From Octopus bimaculoides (lineage: Eukaryota), in contig NC_068992.1 in assembly GCF_001194135.2 (NCBI RefSeq), positions 8,560,751 to 8,624,750 of the forward strand: a stretch of 64,000 bases of DNA, in the 5' to 3' direction. How positions within the stretch are numbered: the stretch's first letter is position 1; every line of letters begins with the position of its first letter. The position numbers were made by a program, and so were the translations under genes. Shown here piece by piece: positions 1 through 12,222 of this stretch. Under the pieces are notes generated by a model that was given only the letters and a program-made list of their open reading frames with translations, made no database searches and was not told the DNA's origin.

Positions 1-1457
1 AACAGGGATTTCAAATAATAGATGTGGTATGTTGCACGCAACTTTTGTTCGTTAACAAACGCATAGTCGTATCATATTAAGTGTTTGAAAGACCAGATAG
101 GAAAAGATTTAGTTATAGGCAACATAAGCTATTCATTGACAACGCAATACAATAAAAGAGAGTGAGTGAATATTCCACAGCTGTTGGTCAGGGTTATGGA
201 TTAAATAAAAAAACTGCATGGAAGTGGAATTAAGGCGCGGGATAACCGTGTTTGCGCAGCACCGCCCACACATTAATATATAAGATGCAACAAGAGGTTT
301 ACTGCTACTGCCTTCCATCTCGATACTATGGGGGAAGAACTGACGAAGGACATATACTGGTTCGAACAAGGATAAAATGCATCAGCATTCCACTACGAAA
401 CAGTGTAGAAACCAGTATAATACATACATGTCATACGCACGCACACACGTGTGTGTGTGTGTGTATAAGATCATGTTGAGAGAGCCTTTGGCACTTTTTG
501 TCATGGACATGTCGATGTTTAAATAGTAGTAATAATATGATAAAGGGCTTTCCAGCTGTGACCATACTGTCTTTTTCCAGGATACGGTGATATTGAGCCC
601 ACAATACTCAACGTATCCTTTTCTGGGGCAGTAACTGGGGGAGATTTGGTAGCTACTTCTTGAAGGGCGAGCAACCAAAAAGGCTCGCTGTGGTTGTTAA
701 TGCTCAGTCCCACATTAGCCTGGATTTAGACCTATTTTCAAGGGCCTTCGTTTTGTGTTCAGAATGAGGATATCTAGAACTGTATTATTCAATGTCCTTA
801 CATATTTTAAGACGACGCGACTGGCGAGGGACTTGGACTGCTATATCTAGCGGGTTGGACGACAACATAAGAGATCCCCACGTTGCATCACAATGGTGGT
901 GATTATTTAAAGTAATGATTTATAAAAAGTATAAAAATAAAACCGAGAACAGAAACATGAGCGAAAAAAGAAGAAAATATCAATTCAACACTAAATACTT
1001 CAATGGATCGCACACCACAAGGTTTAATGAAATCTACTGAAGCAAACCAACACGCTGACGGCATTATCAGCTGCAAGATAAACGAAGTCCTCCCTACTTA
1101 CATACACGTGGCTATATATGTATATTTCAACAATATGAAAATTAAAACAAAACAGAAATGAAACAAAGATAGCAACAGTTTTATGCTGAGTGGACTATCT
1201 TATAACAATGCAAAACAAAACTATGAAATTGTTATCATCTGCTTTAGTGAAGATTTCTTTCAGGGGCAAAAGGTAAGAAAGATTTAAAGAATTGCACTGG
1301 ACCCAGTCAGAGAATTGCAAATCACAACCTCAGGGGCAAAACTAGACACTGTCATCCTCTAACTCTACCAAACAATAATTTTTTTGTACAAAAACAAAGA
1401 GTATTGGATTTTTTTCGAGATTAAGGAATATGTGGTGGTCATACATTTCCCATGGAA

Positions 1458-1607
1458 CAGAGCCGTCTTAGTGGCATTAAAGACCCTTAGGAAAACCAAT
1501 GCTCTGTGTCCAATAGTATTTATTTATTATCAATAAACAGTTCAAAATTGGGTCTCATAGGCTAGTGAGCAACTGCCCAGTGTGTCCATGCCTTAAGTTG
1601 GCACTGC
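1458..1607. mobile_element. Degraded hAT-like MITE
   Basis: Imperfect termini CAGAGCCGTCTTA ... TAAGTTGGCACTG. Confidence 0.3.
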
Positions 1608-3152
1608 TATGGAATAGCTAATAGAATTTGTCGAAATAGCCAGTAGGGATGTTTGAAACTAGACTGGAGTCTCGTTTGTCGAGGAAGTCAAACATCTGAT
1701 ACGTTTCGGGTGCGAAAAATCATTTCAATATCGCCGTCGTAGAATCGGTATTTCGCCAAGTCATCTCCAGTGTTCAACCCATCAAGGATAATAAAATAAG
1801 TACCAGTAATATATTGAGGTCGAGTGTACAGAGTAGTTTTATCCCCTCCCATATTTTCTTGGCCTATGTAAAACTCATTTACAGAATCTGTAGAACGTCA
1901 GACAAAATAAATGAAAAGTTCTAGATGGGTTGGTTCCTTTACGCCCTGAGTTTAAATCCCACTAAGATCGATTTTGTTTTCATCAATTTATATCGATAAA
2001 ATAAGAACCAGTTAAATACTAAGAATCAATTAAGTTGACCACATCCTTTCCCACAAAGTTGTGGTTATCGTGCATAGTTAGAAAGCATTACTACCATTGC
2101 TTTCTTCCTACATAATAAACATGGTACCGTTGACTGGATCCACACGAGCGTATTGCTGGTTTATCTTCACCTGAGAGGGCTGTGATGGGCAGTGGATATC
2201 AAAATCGTTAGATCTTGTGGTATTTAGTTTCAACTCTTTGCATTCTGAATTCAAATGTCACCAAGGTCAATTTCGTCTTACATCCTTCAACGGGGGGAGA
2301 GATCAATAAAGTATTAGGTACTAAGATCGATCTAATATTTATCTTGGAGAAGGAGGGAATAAAAAAAAAAGCTAAGGCCAACACTAGCGAGATTTCACCT
2401 CAAAAGAAGAGCAATGAAACTAAATACTATATTACCAGCGTTTATTATCAGTTTTATTGTCTTCAATTACAGTGCGGTTACCCGTAGCAAATACATGAAG
2501 GTCACAACATCTATTTGCCCTCACTTTGGCTTCAAGAAGTATTTATGATCATCAGATTCCTGTTAATCATTGTTGTTGTCGCTGTTTAGTCCCGTTGACA
2601 AAAGGGGTTTCAACCACCAGTCCTATATTTTTTCAGGCATGGTGTATCTAAGACTACACTGTTCAGACACCGGAGTGTCCCAGTCAGATTCATGAGAACT
2701 GCTAAAGGTTCCCTCGTTGGCCTGAAATAAATTAGCTTTCTAGCCATGATGATCATCTTTTTAGGAGTGTATAGGACATTATTTACTCTCCTTTCTTTAT
2801 TTAAGATGGCAGAGTGTGATCTGAGGAATATTCAGCTGCTATTTTCAGCAGATCGAACGACCCTCGATGGCAAGAGGAAGTTGTTTATGGTTATCCGTAC
2901 AGTATTTCCGTATTACAATACACCAAATTTTGGTGCCATTGTTATAGTGTTTAAAACAATGCCACAAGATCAAACATATATCTGTAATACATTTGGGACA
3001 CTTGCTATAATAGACTATAAGACCCACAATACATTTAGTCCCATGTGAAGGTTTTATTTAATAAAAAGATCATTTTATTTAAATAGATGCGGAGAGAGAA
3101 GTGGTACATGATAGAGGGCAAGGATACAGCCAGCCAGACAGAGTGACAGACA

Positions 3153-3157
3153 GATAA

Positions 3158-3199
<42 letters not shown>

Positions 3200-3200
3200 G
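3153..3200. repeat. (GATA)n microsatellite
   Basis: Direct inspection. Confidence 0.95.
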
Positions 3201-3844
3201 AGACGGACAGTCAGGCGGACATACAGGTACACAGGTAGATAGGGAGATAATTGAACCAGAAAGATGACTGGAAACAAAAACCATGATAAACATACCCGCC
3301 ACATGCTAATCTGCAAAAACTACTACTAGACAGAAATTACGACTGAATAGCAGGTTGGTGACATGGATAAATATCTGATCAAAATTGTTAGAGAATTGTA
3401 GTGTTGCAATTAACGAATTTCAAAGACGTTTCGTTGCAATCTTCCAAATACATAAACGTAGCTACAAAAGTAAAGAAATATGTACAAACCGAGTAACAGA
3501 TGTTGAAATACTTGGTAATCGCATCATCTTGGAGTATTTATTATGTGTAAGACCCCACCAAATCTAAGACATACAGAAGAGATCTGAAGTAATTACTTCG
3601 CAAAGTGAAGGAGAGAGGGAGGAAAAAAACGAGCAGGCTGGACAGATGTATTAGTACATAGATACTCTACTGATGTTGAGTGAGTAGTCGAAGAAAAAAT
3701 AGTGCGCTAAACGAAAATAATTATTCCTTCACTTGCTGCAGTAATTTTGTCGTTCTTTTCTCTTTTCAATTTTTGCAATCTTTCTCTTGCTTTGGTAGGT
3801 CCATTTAATTATCTCTTTCATTCCTTCTCCCTCTCTTACACATA

Positions 3845-3923
3845 CGCGCGCGCACAAACACATACCTACATATACATACACACACACCTACATACACATA
3901 CGCGCTCGCACGCACACACACAC

Positions 3924-4002
<79 letters not shown>
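3845..4002. repeat. Compound (CG)/(CA)/(TA)n microsatellite
   Basis: Direct inspection. Confidence 0.95.
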
Positions 4003-4004
<2 letters not shown>

Positions 4005-4661
4005 GTTGAAATTTATAGAAAGACAAAGACAGGTGTATGAACAACAACAAACAAGTGTATTAGTTTGACGCTCGGGTAAATGAAAAAGTCTTTTAGGCTT
4101 CGAGCCTACGCTCTTCAACATATATGTGTGTGTGTGTGTTTGCATGAAAAATGAGTGAAATGAAATAGCTCAAAAGTCAGTGGCATGTATATGAACAACA
4201 TAAACAACTACATGTATTTTAAATGCTTTACAACATAAACTCTTGATTTGTTAAAATTACCAAATGGCAATTGAGAATAACCCCTATGTGGGAAGAGGAG
4301 ATAATCTCAAGAATTAATAATTCTCTACAGTTGACATGCCATTAATATAAAGGACAGGCTTGTATTCTGGAGGTGTTTCTGCCTCAACAGGCGTCATTAG
4401 CATGACAGTTGTCCTAACCTGTCTCCAGCAACCGAGAGATATAGGCATTTACAAAAAGAGTAGAACCAAGATAATTTGCTTAAATTAAACAGAAGTGTAT
4501 TAACATGTGTGTGTGATTGTATTAATCTATGTGTGTAGGTGTACATATAGGTATGTATCAATATATATATATATGTGTGTGTGTGTACATGTATGTAACC
4601 CTAGAACTCCGTCGGTTACGACGACTACGGAACAGATTAAGTCGATTACAGTGCGTAAATG

Positions 4662-5307
4662 TTACTTATTTAATCGACCCCCGCAAAGGATGAAAGGCAA
4701 AGTCAACTTCGGCGGAATTTGAACTCAGAATGTAGCGGCAGACGAAATACCGCGAAGGATTTCGCCCGGCGTGCCAACGTTTCTGCCAGCTCGCCACCTT
4801 CATAAGTCTATTAATAATTATTTCTACTCTTGGCACTGAAAATTTTGGGGAAGAGGACTAGACGATTACATCGCCCCCATCGTGCTGACGATTCTACCAG
4901 CTCACCACCTTCATACGTCTATTAATAATATTAAATAAAGTGGCGAGTTGGCAGAAACGTTAGCATGCCGGGCGAAATGCCTATCGGTATTTCGTCTGCC
5001 GTTACGTTCTGAATTCAAATTCCGCCGAGGTCGACTTTGCCTTTCATCCTTTCGGGGGTCGATAAATTAAGTACCAGTTACGCACTGGGGTCGATTTAAT
5101 CGACTTGATCCCTTTGTCTGTCCTTGTTTATCTCCTTTATATTTAGCCCCTTGTGGGCAATAAAGAAATAAGAAACGTTAGCACACCGGACGAAATGCTT
5201 AGCGGTATTTCATCTGTCTTTGTGTTCTGAGTTCAAATTCCGCCGAGGCCGACTTTGCTTTTCATCCTTTCGAGGTCGATAAATTATGTACCATTTGCGT
5301 ACTGAGG
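4662..5307. mobile_element. SINE family A cluster (copies at ~4662-4800 -, ~4830-4915 -, 4938-5170 +, 5172-5307 +)
   Basis: tRNA-like head AAGGCGGCGAGCTGGCAGAA...GAGTTCAAATTCCGCCGAGGTCGAC with conserved core TTTGCCTTTCATCCTTTCGGGGTCGATAAATTAAGTACCAG. Recurs many times in the window. Confidence 0.9.
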
Positions 5308-5381
5308 NNNNNNNNNNNNNNNNNNNNNNNNNNNNNNNNNNNNNNNNNNNNNNNNNNNNNNNNNNNNNNNNNCATATAATA

Positions 5382-5896
5382 ATGTCAGACATCAGGTTCG
5401 CTCTGTAATTGAAAAGGTACATTGTAATTGTTGCGTTAAAAGCACAGCTTAGTTATATACAAAGATAGCTGTCTTCCTGAAAAGTTTCCAATCTTTCGCT
5501 GTTAAAGTTCGAAAGGAAATGAAAGCTGAAGAAGGGGATCCAACATCAACAGCAAAACGCACAGCGCAAGCACAGGATCCTATTACCATCAGAACACATA
5601 ACTTTTGTACAAAACGTCCAAGAAATAATCCATAAGACTACCGGAAAGGTCAATCAGAGCCATTGCAAGGGACGTCATGAGGACATCTTGTACAAGTCTT
5701 CAGTGGTGCAGAAGGGTCAGTTTATGGCGGATGTGAAGAGAGAATCGTTCGATCTTTGTAAAGCGCTTCCTAAAAAAAAAAAAGCGATAAAACATCAAGA
5801 GGATGGAGTGCTTCGTTTTTCCTTTCTTCAATGAGAAAAACTCCGTTCAACACTAAAAGGTAAACCAATGCAACGACAGATGGTTATGTAGAGACC
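5382..5896 (+). mobile_element. Degraded Tc1/mariner (DD37D/maT-like) transposase fragment
   Basis: Broken frames give HIVIVALKAQ...VQEIIHK...IRAIARD...KGQF...EKN...KVN..NDRWLC, the N-terminal HTH and start of the catalytic region of this family. Many frameshifts. Confidence 0.65.
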
Positions 5897-6633
5897 CAAT
5901 TGAGGTTCCAACGGTCATGCATTTAGATGAGGGATAAGTTCGATTGCATCAACCCTAGTGCTCAACTGATACTTATATCGACACAGAAAGGATGAAAGGT
6001 AAAGTCAACTTTGGCTGAATTGGAACTCAAAACAAAATGAGTATGAATGTCTAATATCATATTTTCAACAGCACAAATTGTACGGTTGGCATTTGTAAAG
6101 CATTGATATATGTGTCAACCATTTCTGTTGCACATTTATGTAAAAGTTATTTTAGTTAATGTGGTAAATTGAAACCTGTTATATACTATATTTAGGTTAT
6201 TGTCCTATTTGAAACTTGTTTTCACAAACATGTACTGAATTGGTGCGCCGATAGGATTGTCAAGCAAGGTCTACTTCGGTAGATATATAGAAAAAGAGAA
6301 AAACTTACATATATCTTATTATGGTTGTATTCTCTGAACTCTTATTTATTTCCTACAGAATTATATAAACAAAAATAGTCAAATTTAATGGCGTCCAATG
6401 TAATTTTTGTTGTATTAGTCACGCTTTTGATTAAGCGAGAAACAAGTCTTCCATGACTGTAATGTGAAGAGGGTGGCATCTTTTCTTCCCTTTGTTTCTT
6501 TCTATCTATCTTTATTTCTTTCTTTCTTTCTTTCTTTTCAAACCATTAAAGAAACACTGAAAACATACCAGATTTAACCATGAATAAAGCGAAAAACTTG
6601 AACATATTGCTGAAAAATAAAATATAGGTTTTG

Positions 6634-6637
<4 letters not shown>

Positions 6638-6720
<83 letters not shown>
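6638..6720. repeat. (TG)n microsatellite
   Basis: Direct inspection. Confidence 0.97.
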
Positions 6721-6724
<4 letters not shown>

Positions 6725-7156
6725 TGTGATATGGATATTGGCAGTAAGGAGAAAGATGTGCAATTGAACGACAAGCAACCAGAGATCAACATAGTATTTG
6801 AAATAGTATTTTTTTTCCTTTGCTGCCAAGCATCGACATTTTCAATTTGGAGTGGTTGTAACCCAACGGGTCATGGGTACATCTAGTACATACATACATA
6901 CATACATACATACATACATACATACATACATACATACATACATACGCCTAGACATGAAAATATATACATAAAAACGCATCCATAAAACAAACATACAAAT
7001 CTGCGCATAAACTAACACTAAATACTACACACACACATATGCACAAATACCTAGATGATGTTGATAAAAGTTCCAATGAAGGAGCCTTGAATCTATGTTA
7101 GAGTCCGGCTCTTTCTCTATTGACAAGAAATACAGAAATGAAACTGATTGATAACA

Positions 7157-7187
<31 letters not shown>

Positions 7188-7289
7188 TGTGTTGACATTT
7201 AACTACATTTCAGAGTATAGAGAGTACCTGTAGAGTAGGATCTTCTAAAACAACAGCGAAGTATTATAATCCTGGACCAGCAGTCTCAG

Positions 7290-7545
7290 TCACAATACTA
7301 CCATTTAAATATCGATGCTTCTTGTACGGATTTTTGAAGTAGATTTTCAATGAGAAGGCTTAAATTTTCTCTTGCTAGCTTCGTTTATCTATAACACTTC
7401 ATGTTTCCATAGAGTCCTGTTTTCTGTGATTGCTTCCAAGGTGACAGAGAAAACGATGTTAATCGTTTCGATGCCAAGATTGTATCCATCTTTGAATCTC
7501 AGGTGCAGGCAACCTTTGCTTCTGTATCTAGGTGCCATTTCAACA
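7290..7545 (-). mobile_element. RTE-clade LINE ORF2 3' fragment
   Basis: RSKGCLHLRFKDGYNL...LEAITENRTLWKHEV resembles the RTE C-terminal R..GRP.LR(F/Y)KD...WE.LAEDR..WR motif. Confidence 0.5.
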
Positions 7546-7780
7546 TGTACGTACGTACGTACGCACGCACGCATGTATGTATGTATGTGTCTGTGTGTGT
7601 GTGTATGTATGTATGTATGTATGTATGTATGTACGTATGTATGGACGTATGTATGGACGTATGTACGTATGTATGTACGTACGTATGTATGTCTACGTAT
7701 GTATGTATGTGTGTATGTATGTATGTATGTGTGTGCCCCGCGCGCGTGTGTGCATATATATGCATGTATGTATATATTTA
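7546..7780. repeat. Compound (TACG)/(TATG)n microsatellite
   Basis: Direct inspection. Source of ORFs 7372, 7499, 7503 and 7532. Confidence 0.95.
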
Positions 7781-7782
7781 AG

Positions 7783-7838
7783 TACTAGCTGAATAGCCCG
7801 TCGGTGCCGGGCAATTTTTACAATAGAATGCCTTATAT
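7783..7838 (+). mobile_element. Possible Helitron/Helentron-type non-autonomous element terminus
   Basis: TACTAGC...GCCCG tcggtgc CGGGC short subterminal hairpin directly after a (TATG)n microsatellite. Assigned from memory of such termini. Confidence 0.3.
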
Positions 7839-7841
7839 AAA

Positions 7842-9160
7842 TTGGCGTTGGCGCTATACTTAGAAATGGAAGAAAGGGCCCAACTGAGCATAGAAAAAAT
7901 AGAAATCCGTTTGATGGAGACCTTTACAGAAGAAATGTTCGAAGCGTACGCTCGCTTGGGAAAAGCAAAGTGGACCGGCGAACAGGCCGACGTAATTGCC
8001 AACGAACTCAGGAGATTGGCTTAACTGGCGGGATATGAAGGTGAACCACTGGACCGAACGGTTAAGTTAGCATTTGTGACTGGCTTTCCTGACCACATAT
8101 CGGCCGGGTTGCAAAAGCTGCCGAACGTTAACTCTATGGCGATGGCAGACATTATATCTCGGGCTCGCGTGCTGGTTTCGTGTTGCGGGACGACGCCGGT
8201 AGCAGCGACTGCAACAACGAAAAGTGGCCGAGCAAGGAGGGTCAAACAAGGAACGTGTGCGAACATTCAAGGGACAGTGTTTCCGGTGTCAGGGCCTGCA
8301 CATGGTGAGAGACTGCAAGTCACCCAAGCCTGAGGGCATTTGCTACCGGTGTCGAGAAACAGGACATATAGCTAGCGAATGTCTGCGGGGAAACGGTCTA
8401 AGGGACACTACTGCGCCGGTAGTTATCCCTTCGGATCAATAGAGGCGCGTTTTTCGTTACCTGCAGTCGACATTCTGGTGGAGGGGAAGATGTCGCGATC
8501 CCTTGTGGACACGGGCTGTACGACGACCCTGATGACTCCAGAAGTGGTAGAGACGTGAAGTGGAGCGAGCAGTGTAAGGGCAGTCGACGGAAGAGAGGTA
8601 CACTGCGAAGGCATTATAGATGCGCAGATTGTGGTGCAGGGAACAAAGCTGACGCTGCAAGCAATTGTAGTTGGCCTCTTGGTGGACGAGATTGACGTGG
8701 TGATGGGAATGGATGCAATCATCCGTCTAGGAGGTGTCACTGTCAACGAGGCCAGTGTAACGTTCGGGGTTGCGGGGAAACCGTGTATGGCGAGACCTTG
8801 CATTGGTGAGAACCGCGAAGAAAAGTATGCTGCACACACCATTGGAGACCAGGACTTTCGTACTGTCTTCGATGGACAGTGGAGTGGCACTAGAAGGGAG
8901 AGCCCCCGACGTTAAAAAATAAAATGGTCTACTATCAGCATACTCTGAAAGGAGATGCCAGAAGCGAGTTCGAGGGGGAGGTGGAGCGGTGAATTAAGGA
9001 GGGCATATTGATCCCTTGGGAAGAAGAAGTCGAGAGCGGAGTCCTGCCGCTGATGGCAGTGGTACAGCCCACAAAGCATAAGGTCAGACCAGTGCTTGAC
9101 TTCCGAGAGCTGAATGACCACGTATCTTGTCATACGGGCGGCGAGGCCACAGATGTGGGG
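7842..9160 (+). mobile_element. Ty3/Gypsy LTR retrotransposon internal fragment (gag - zinc knuckles - aspartic protease - start of RT), pseudogenised
   Basis: Two zinc knuckles CFRCQGLHMVRDC and CYRCRETGHIASEC, protease LVDTGC (GAC ACG GGC at 8508-8516), DVVMGMD, and RT start VRPVLDFRELN. Stops at 8022-8024 and 8556-8558 plus frameshifts. GC-rich relative to flanks. No LTRs seen. Confidence 0.92.
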
Positions 9161-9254
9161 GAAGATAACAGGGGCCTGTTATCTTTTCGTTGAACATAAA
9201 ACTACCGACAGTCAAGCCCATTTTTCAGACCAAAAACCCAGGGGCCATTTATGC

Positions 9255-9649
9255 GTTCCCCATCATGTGGTGAGCATGATCAATGTTTCCCTAGGTGGTG
9301 GAAGGATCAGGACGTTTAGACCTTGAGTCATCTTCAAGACTCTCCCTTCTCTCCCTAAATTCAGCTGCCCACTTTTGTACTGATGATAAAGCTGGAGCGT
9401 CTATGTCAGCATGAATTTTGTTGGGGGCCAAACCCTTTTTCTGCAGGTACTTGATAACATGATGATGCCAAATTTTGTCCATTTTAAAGATAAGTCTCTA
9501 CTAGTTACTTTTGAAGTCTTCCTTAAACAACCAGATGTCAATTTACATGGAAAGAAACGATGCAATTATTAATAAGAGTTGAAATTAATGCATGCAAAAT
9601 TTTACAGCTCTGGCATCGTCAGCCTATGAACTTTTAAGTGACCCTCGTA
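9255..9649 (-). mobile_element. Mariner (Mos1-like) transposon 5' end: TIR plus truncated transposase N-terminus
   Basis: The minus strand begins TA|CGAGGGTCACTTAAAAGTTC (TA at 9648-9649). The ORF MDKIWHHHVIKYLQKKGLAPNKIHAD...SSVQKWAAEFRERRESLEDDSRS.RP is a mariner HTH region. Confidence 0.85.
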
Positions 9650-10489
9650 TTGCCGGTTGTGGTGTATAACTTGTCAAAATATTACTATCTGTTTCACAAA
9701 GATCATTGCGCTTAGACAATACTGATGAAGCTTCAGACACGCTGGCTGGATGTACAGAACCTGTTTTATGCTGAACGTATGTATAAGCATTAGGTGGCCA
9801 GAGAAAACTGAAGAATTACATTTTCTAAATGGAAAAAAAAAAAAGAGTTATTTCCCATGGATTGTTGTATGTGAGTCCAGAGATGGACGCAACGTATTGT
9901 CAGAGTGAATATCTGCGCAGGAAGGTAGCAGCATCCGAATATGTTGCTTTTTGTGTTCAAGAAATGTGAATTTTTTTTAGAAGGAAGTGTGGTTATAAGC
10001 ACAGACATAGCTGAGTGGTAAGAAGTTTGCTTCCCAACCACATGGTTTCAGGTTCAGTTCCACTGTGTGTTACCTTGGGCAAGTGTCTTTGTAGCCTTGG
10101 ATTGATCTAATCCTTGTGAGTGGATTTGGTAGACAAAAACTGAAAAAGCCTGTCATATATTTACATGTAACAAAAACAAAACCTCCTGAAATAAAATTTA
10201 AGAAAGAAAAGTCGGAAATATATTTGTCTTTTAATTATTTTTAAAATTTATTTTCCAAATCAATATGAAAAGATCTGTTATAAAGCAAAGCCCCAAAAAT
10301 CATAAATTCCATCAATTGTGTTTTCATTNNNNNNNNNNTAATTTTTTAAATTTTTTTCCCTAAATTTTCGTTTGTTATGCACACACAATTTACTTGTGCA
10401 ATTTATAAATATATGTGTGAGCATTTAAATGTATGCCTAACAATATTTCATAGCAACAAAAAATCAATAGTAATCATATATTAATCATA

Positions 10490-11499
10490 ATAATGGTTTG
10501 AAATTTTGCCACAGGGGCAGCCATTTTGTGGGGGAAGGGATGTGTCGATTACATCGACCCCAGTGTTTAACTGGTACTTAATTTATCAACCCCAAAAGGA
10601 TGAAAGGCAAAGTCGACCTTGATGGAATTTGAACTCAGAACATAAGGACAAACGAAATGCCGCTAAACATTTTGCCTGGCGTGCTAACAGTTCTGCCAGC
10701 TCGCTACCTTAATAATAATAATAATGATAATAATCAGAATAATAGTAATTTTTCACATACACAAAGTTTAATGTCAAGATGAGAGCAAAGTCGTTTAAAT
10801 CTACACAAGTACCCATGTAGGCACTTTACATTATCAATACTGTGTGATTTGAAGTCAGAGTATAAAGGGACATAACTGAATACCTCTCAGTATCCTGCCT
10901 AATGTTCTAGTGAGTCTGTCAATCTGCTGCCCCCCCCCATTAAGTAATGACAATAGGGATGATGATGATCATGATGATGGTTATGATGGTTAATATTATG
11001 AAGATGATGATGAAGATTAACACAGACACAAGGTGACAGACAATTCTGTGGAGGAGGGAGGACTATCGCTGCTTAGATCAACTGCATCTCAACACTTGAG
11101 TGGTACTTTATTTTATCAAACCCCGAGAGGATGAAAGACAAAAGTCATCCCAGGTGAGATTCGAACTTACAGTATATAAAGAAATGTAACCTGATACAAT
11201 ATGTGTCATTTTGTCTGGTATTCTGTTTCTACCAACCTCAGCCTTTTGGAAAATTAACAATAAGATGATGATGATAATAATAATAATAATAATCCTTTCT
11301 ACTAAAGGCACAAGAGCTGAAATTTGTGGGGAGGGGACTAGTTGATCACATCGACCCCAGTGTTTCACAGGTACTTAATTTATCGACCCCGAAAGGATGA
11401 AGGGCAAAGTCAACCTCAGCGGAATTTGAACTCAGAACATAGTGACAAGATGAAATACCACTAAGCATCTCGTGCTAATGATTCTGCCAGCTCACTGCC

Positions 11500-11554
<55 letters not shown>

Positions 11555-12222
11555 TCCTTTCTACTAAAGGCACAAGGCCTGAAAGTTTTGGGGTGGGGGG
11601 GCACTACTTGATTACATTGACCCAGTGTTTCACTGGTACTTAATTTATCGACCCTAAAAGGATGAAAGGCAAAGTCAACCTAGGCAGGATTTGAACTCAG
11701 AACATAAAGTCGGACGAAATGTTGCTAAGCATTTTGCCAGGCATGCTAACAGTTCTGCCAGCTCCCCACCATAATAATAATAATAATAATGTTTCAAGTT
11801 TAGGCTCAAGCCCAGCAATCCTGACGGGGGTGCGGTTAGTCAGTACCATCAATCCCAGTACTTGACCTTAAAATGACCAAAGTTGACCAACAGGATTTTA
11901 AACTCAAAATGTTAAGTGCTGGAATAAATAATGCCAAGCATTTTCTCAATGCTCTTACAATTCTATGAGCCTTGCAACCCTAATAAAAATAGCAATAATA
12001 ATCAGTTCTACTATAGGTACAAAGCTTGAATTTTTCAAGTTTAAAGGGTCTAGTTGATTGCATCAACCCCCAGTGCTCAACTGGTATGTATTCTATCATA
12101 CCTGAAAGGATGAAAGGTAAAGTTGACCTCGGTGGAATTTGATCTCAGAATGTAAGAAATGTCAAGAGAAAATTCATGAAGCATTTTGTCTGGCATGCTA
12201 GCAGTTCTGCTGGCTTGCCCAT
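10490..12222 (-). mobile_element. Tandem train of about six SINE family A copies
   Basis: Same core at ~10490-10710, 11040-11260, 11294-11500, 11554-11770, 11790-11980 and 12000-12222, separated by (TAA)n tails. Confidence 0.88.

Noticed and set aside
133-479. ORFs 133-369(-) and 252-479(+), and a GC-box/TATA-like pair at 262-284
   Set aside because: No recognisable domain, no consistent splice chain, and the plus ORF runs into a microsatellite. The motifs are too short to support a promoter call.
2746-3048. 100-aa plus-strand ORF
   Set aside because: Partly built from a family E repeat fragment; no motif or supporting exons recognised.
3747-4145. YI/HT/VC-repeat ORFs here and at 6512-6886, 7372-7792, 12514-12980, 24186-24434, 41446-41860, 44603-44824, 60742-61054 and 61805-62042
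   Set aside because: Translations of microsatellites.
8440-8442. Stop-codon readthrough at the gag TAG
   Set aside because: The protease is in the -1 frame, not the gag frame, so frameshifting rather than readthrough explains the junction.
8423-8890. 155-aa minus-strand ORF
   Set aside because: Antisense shadow of the Gypsy protease frame.
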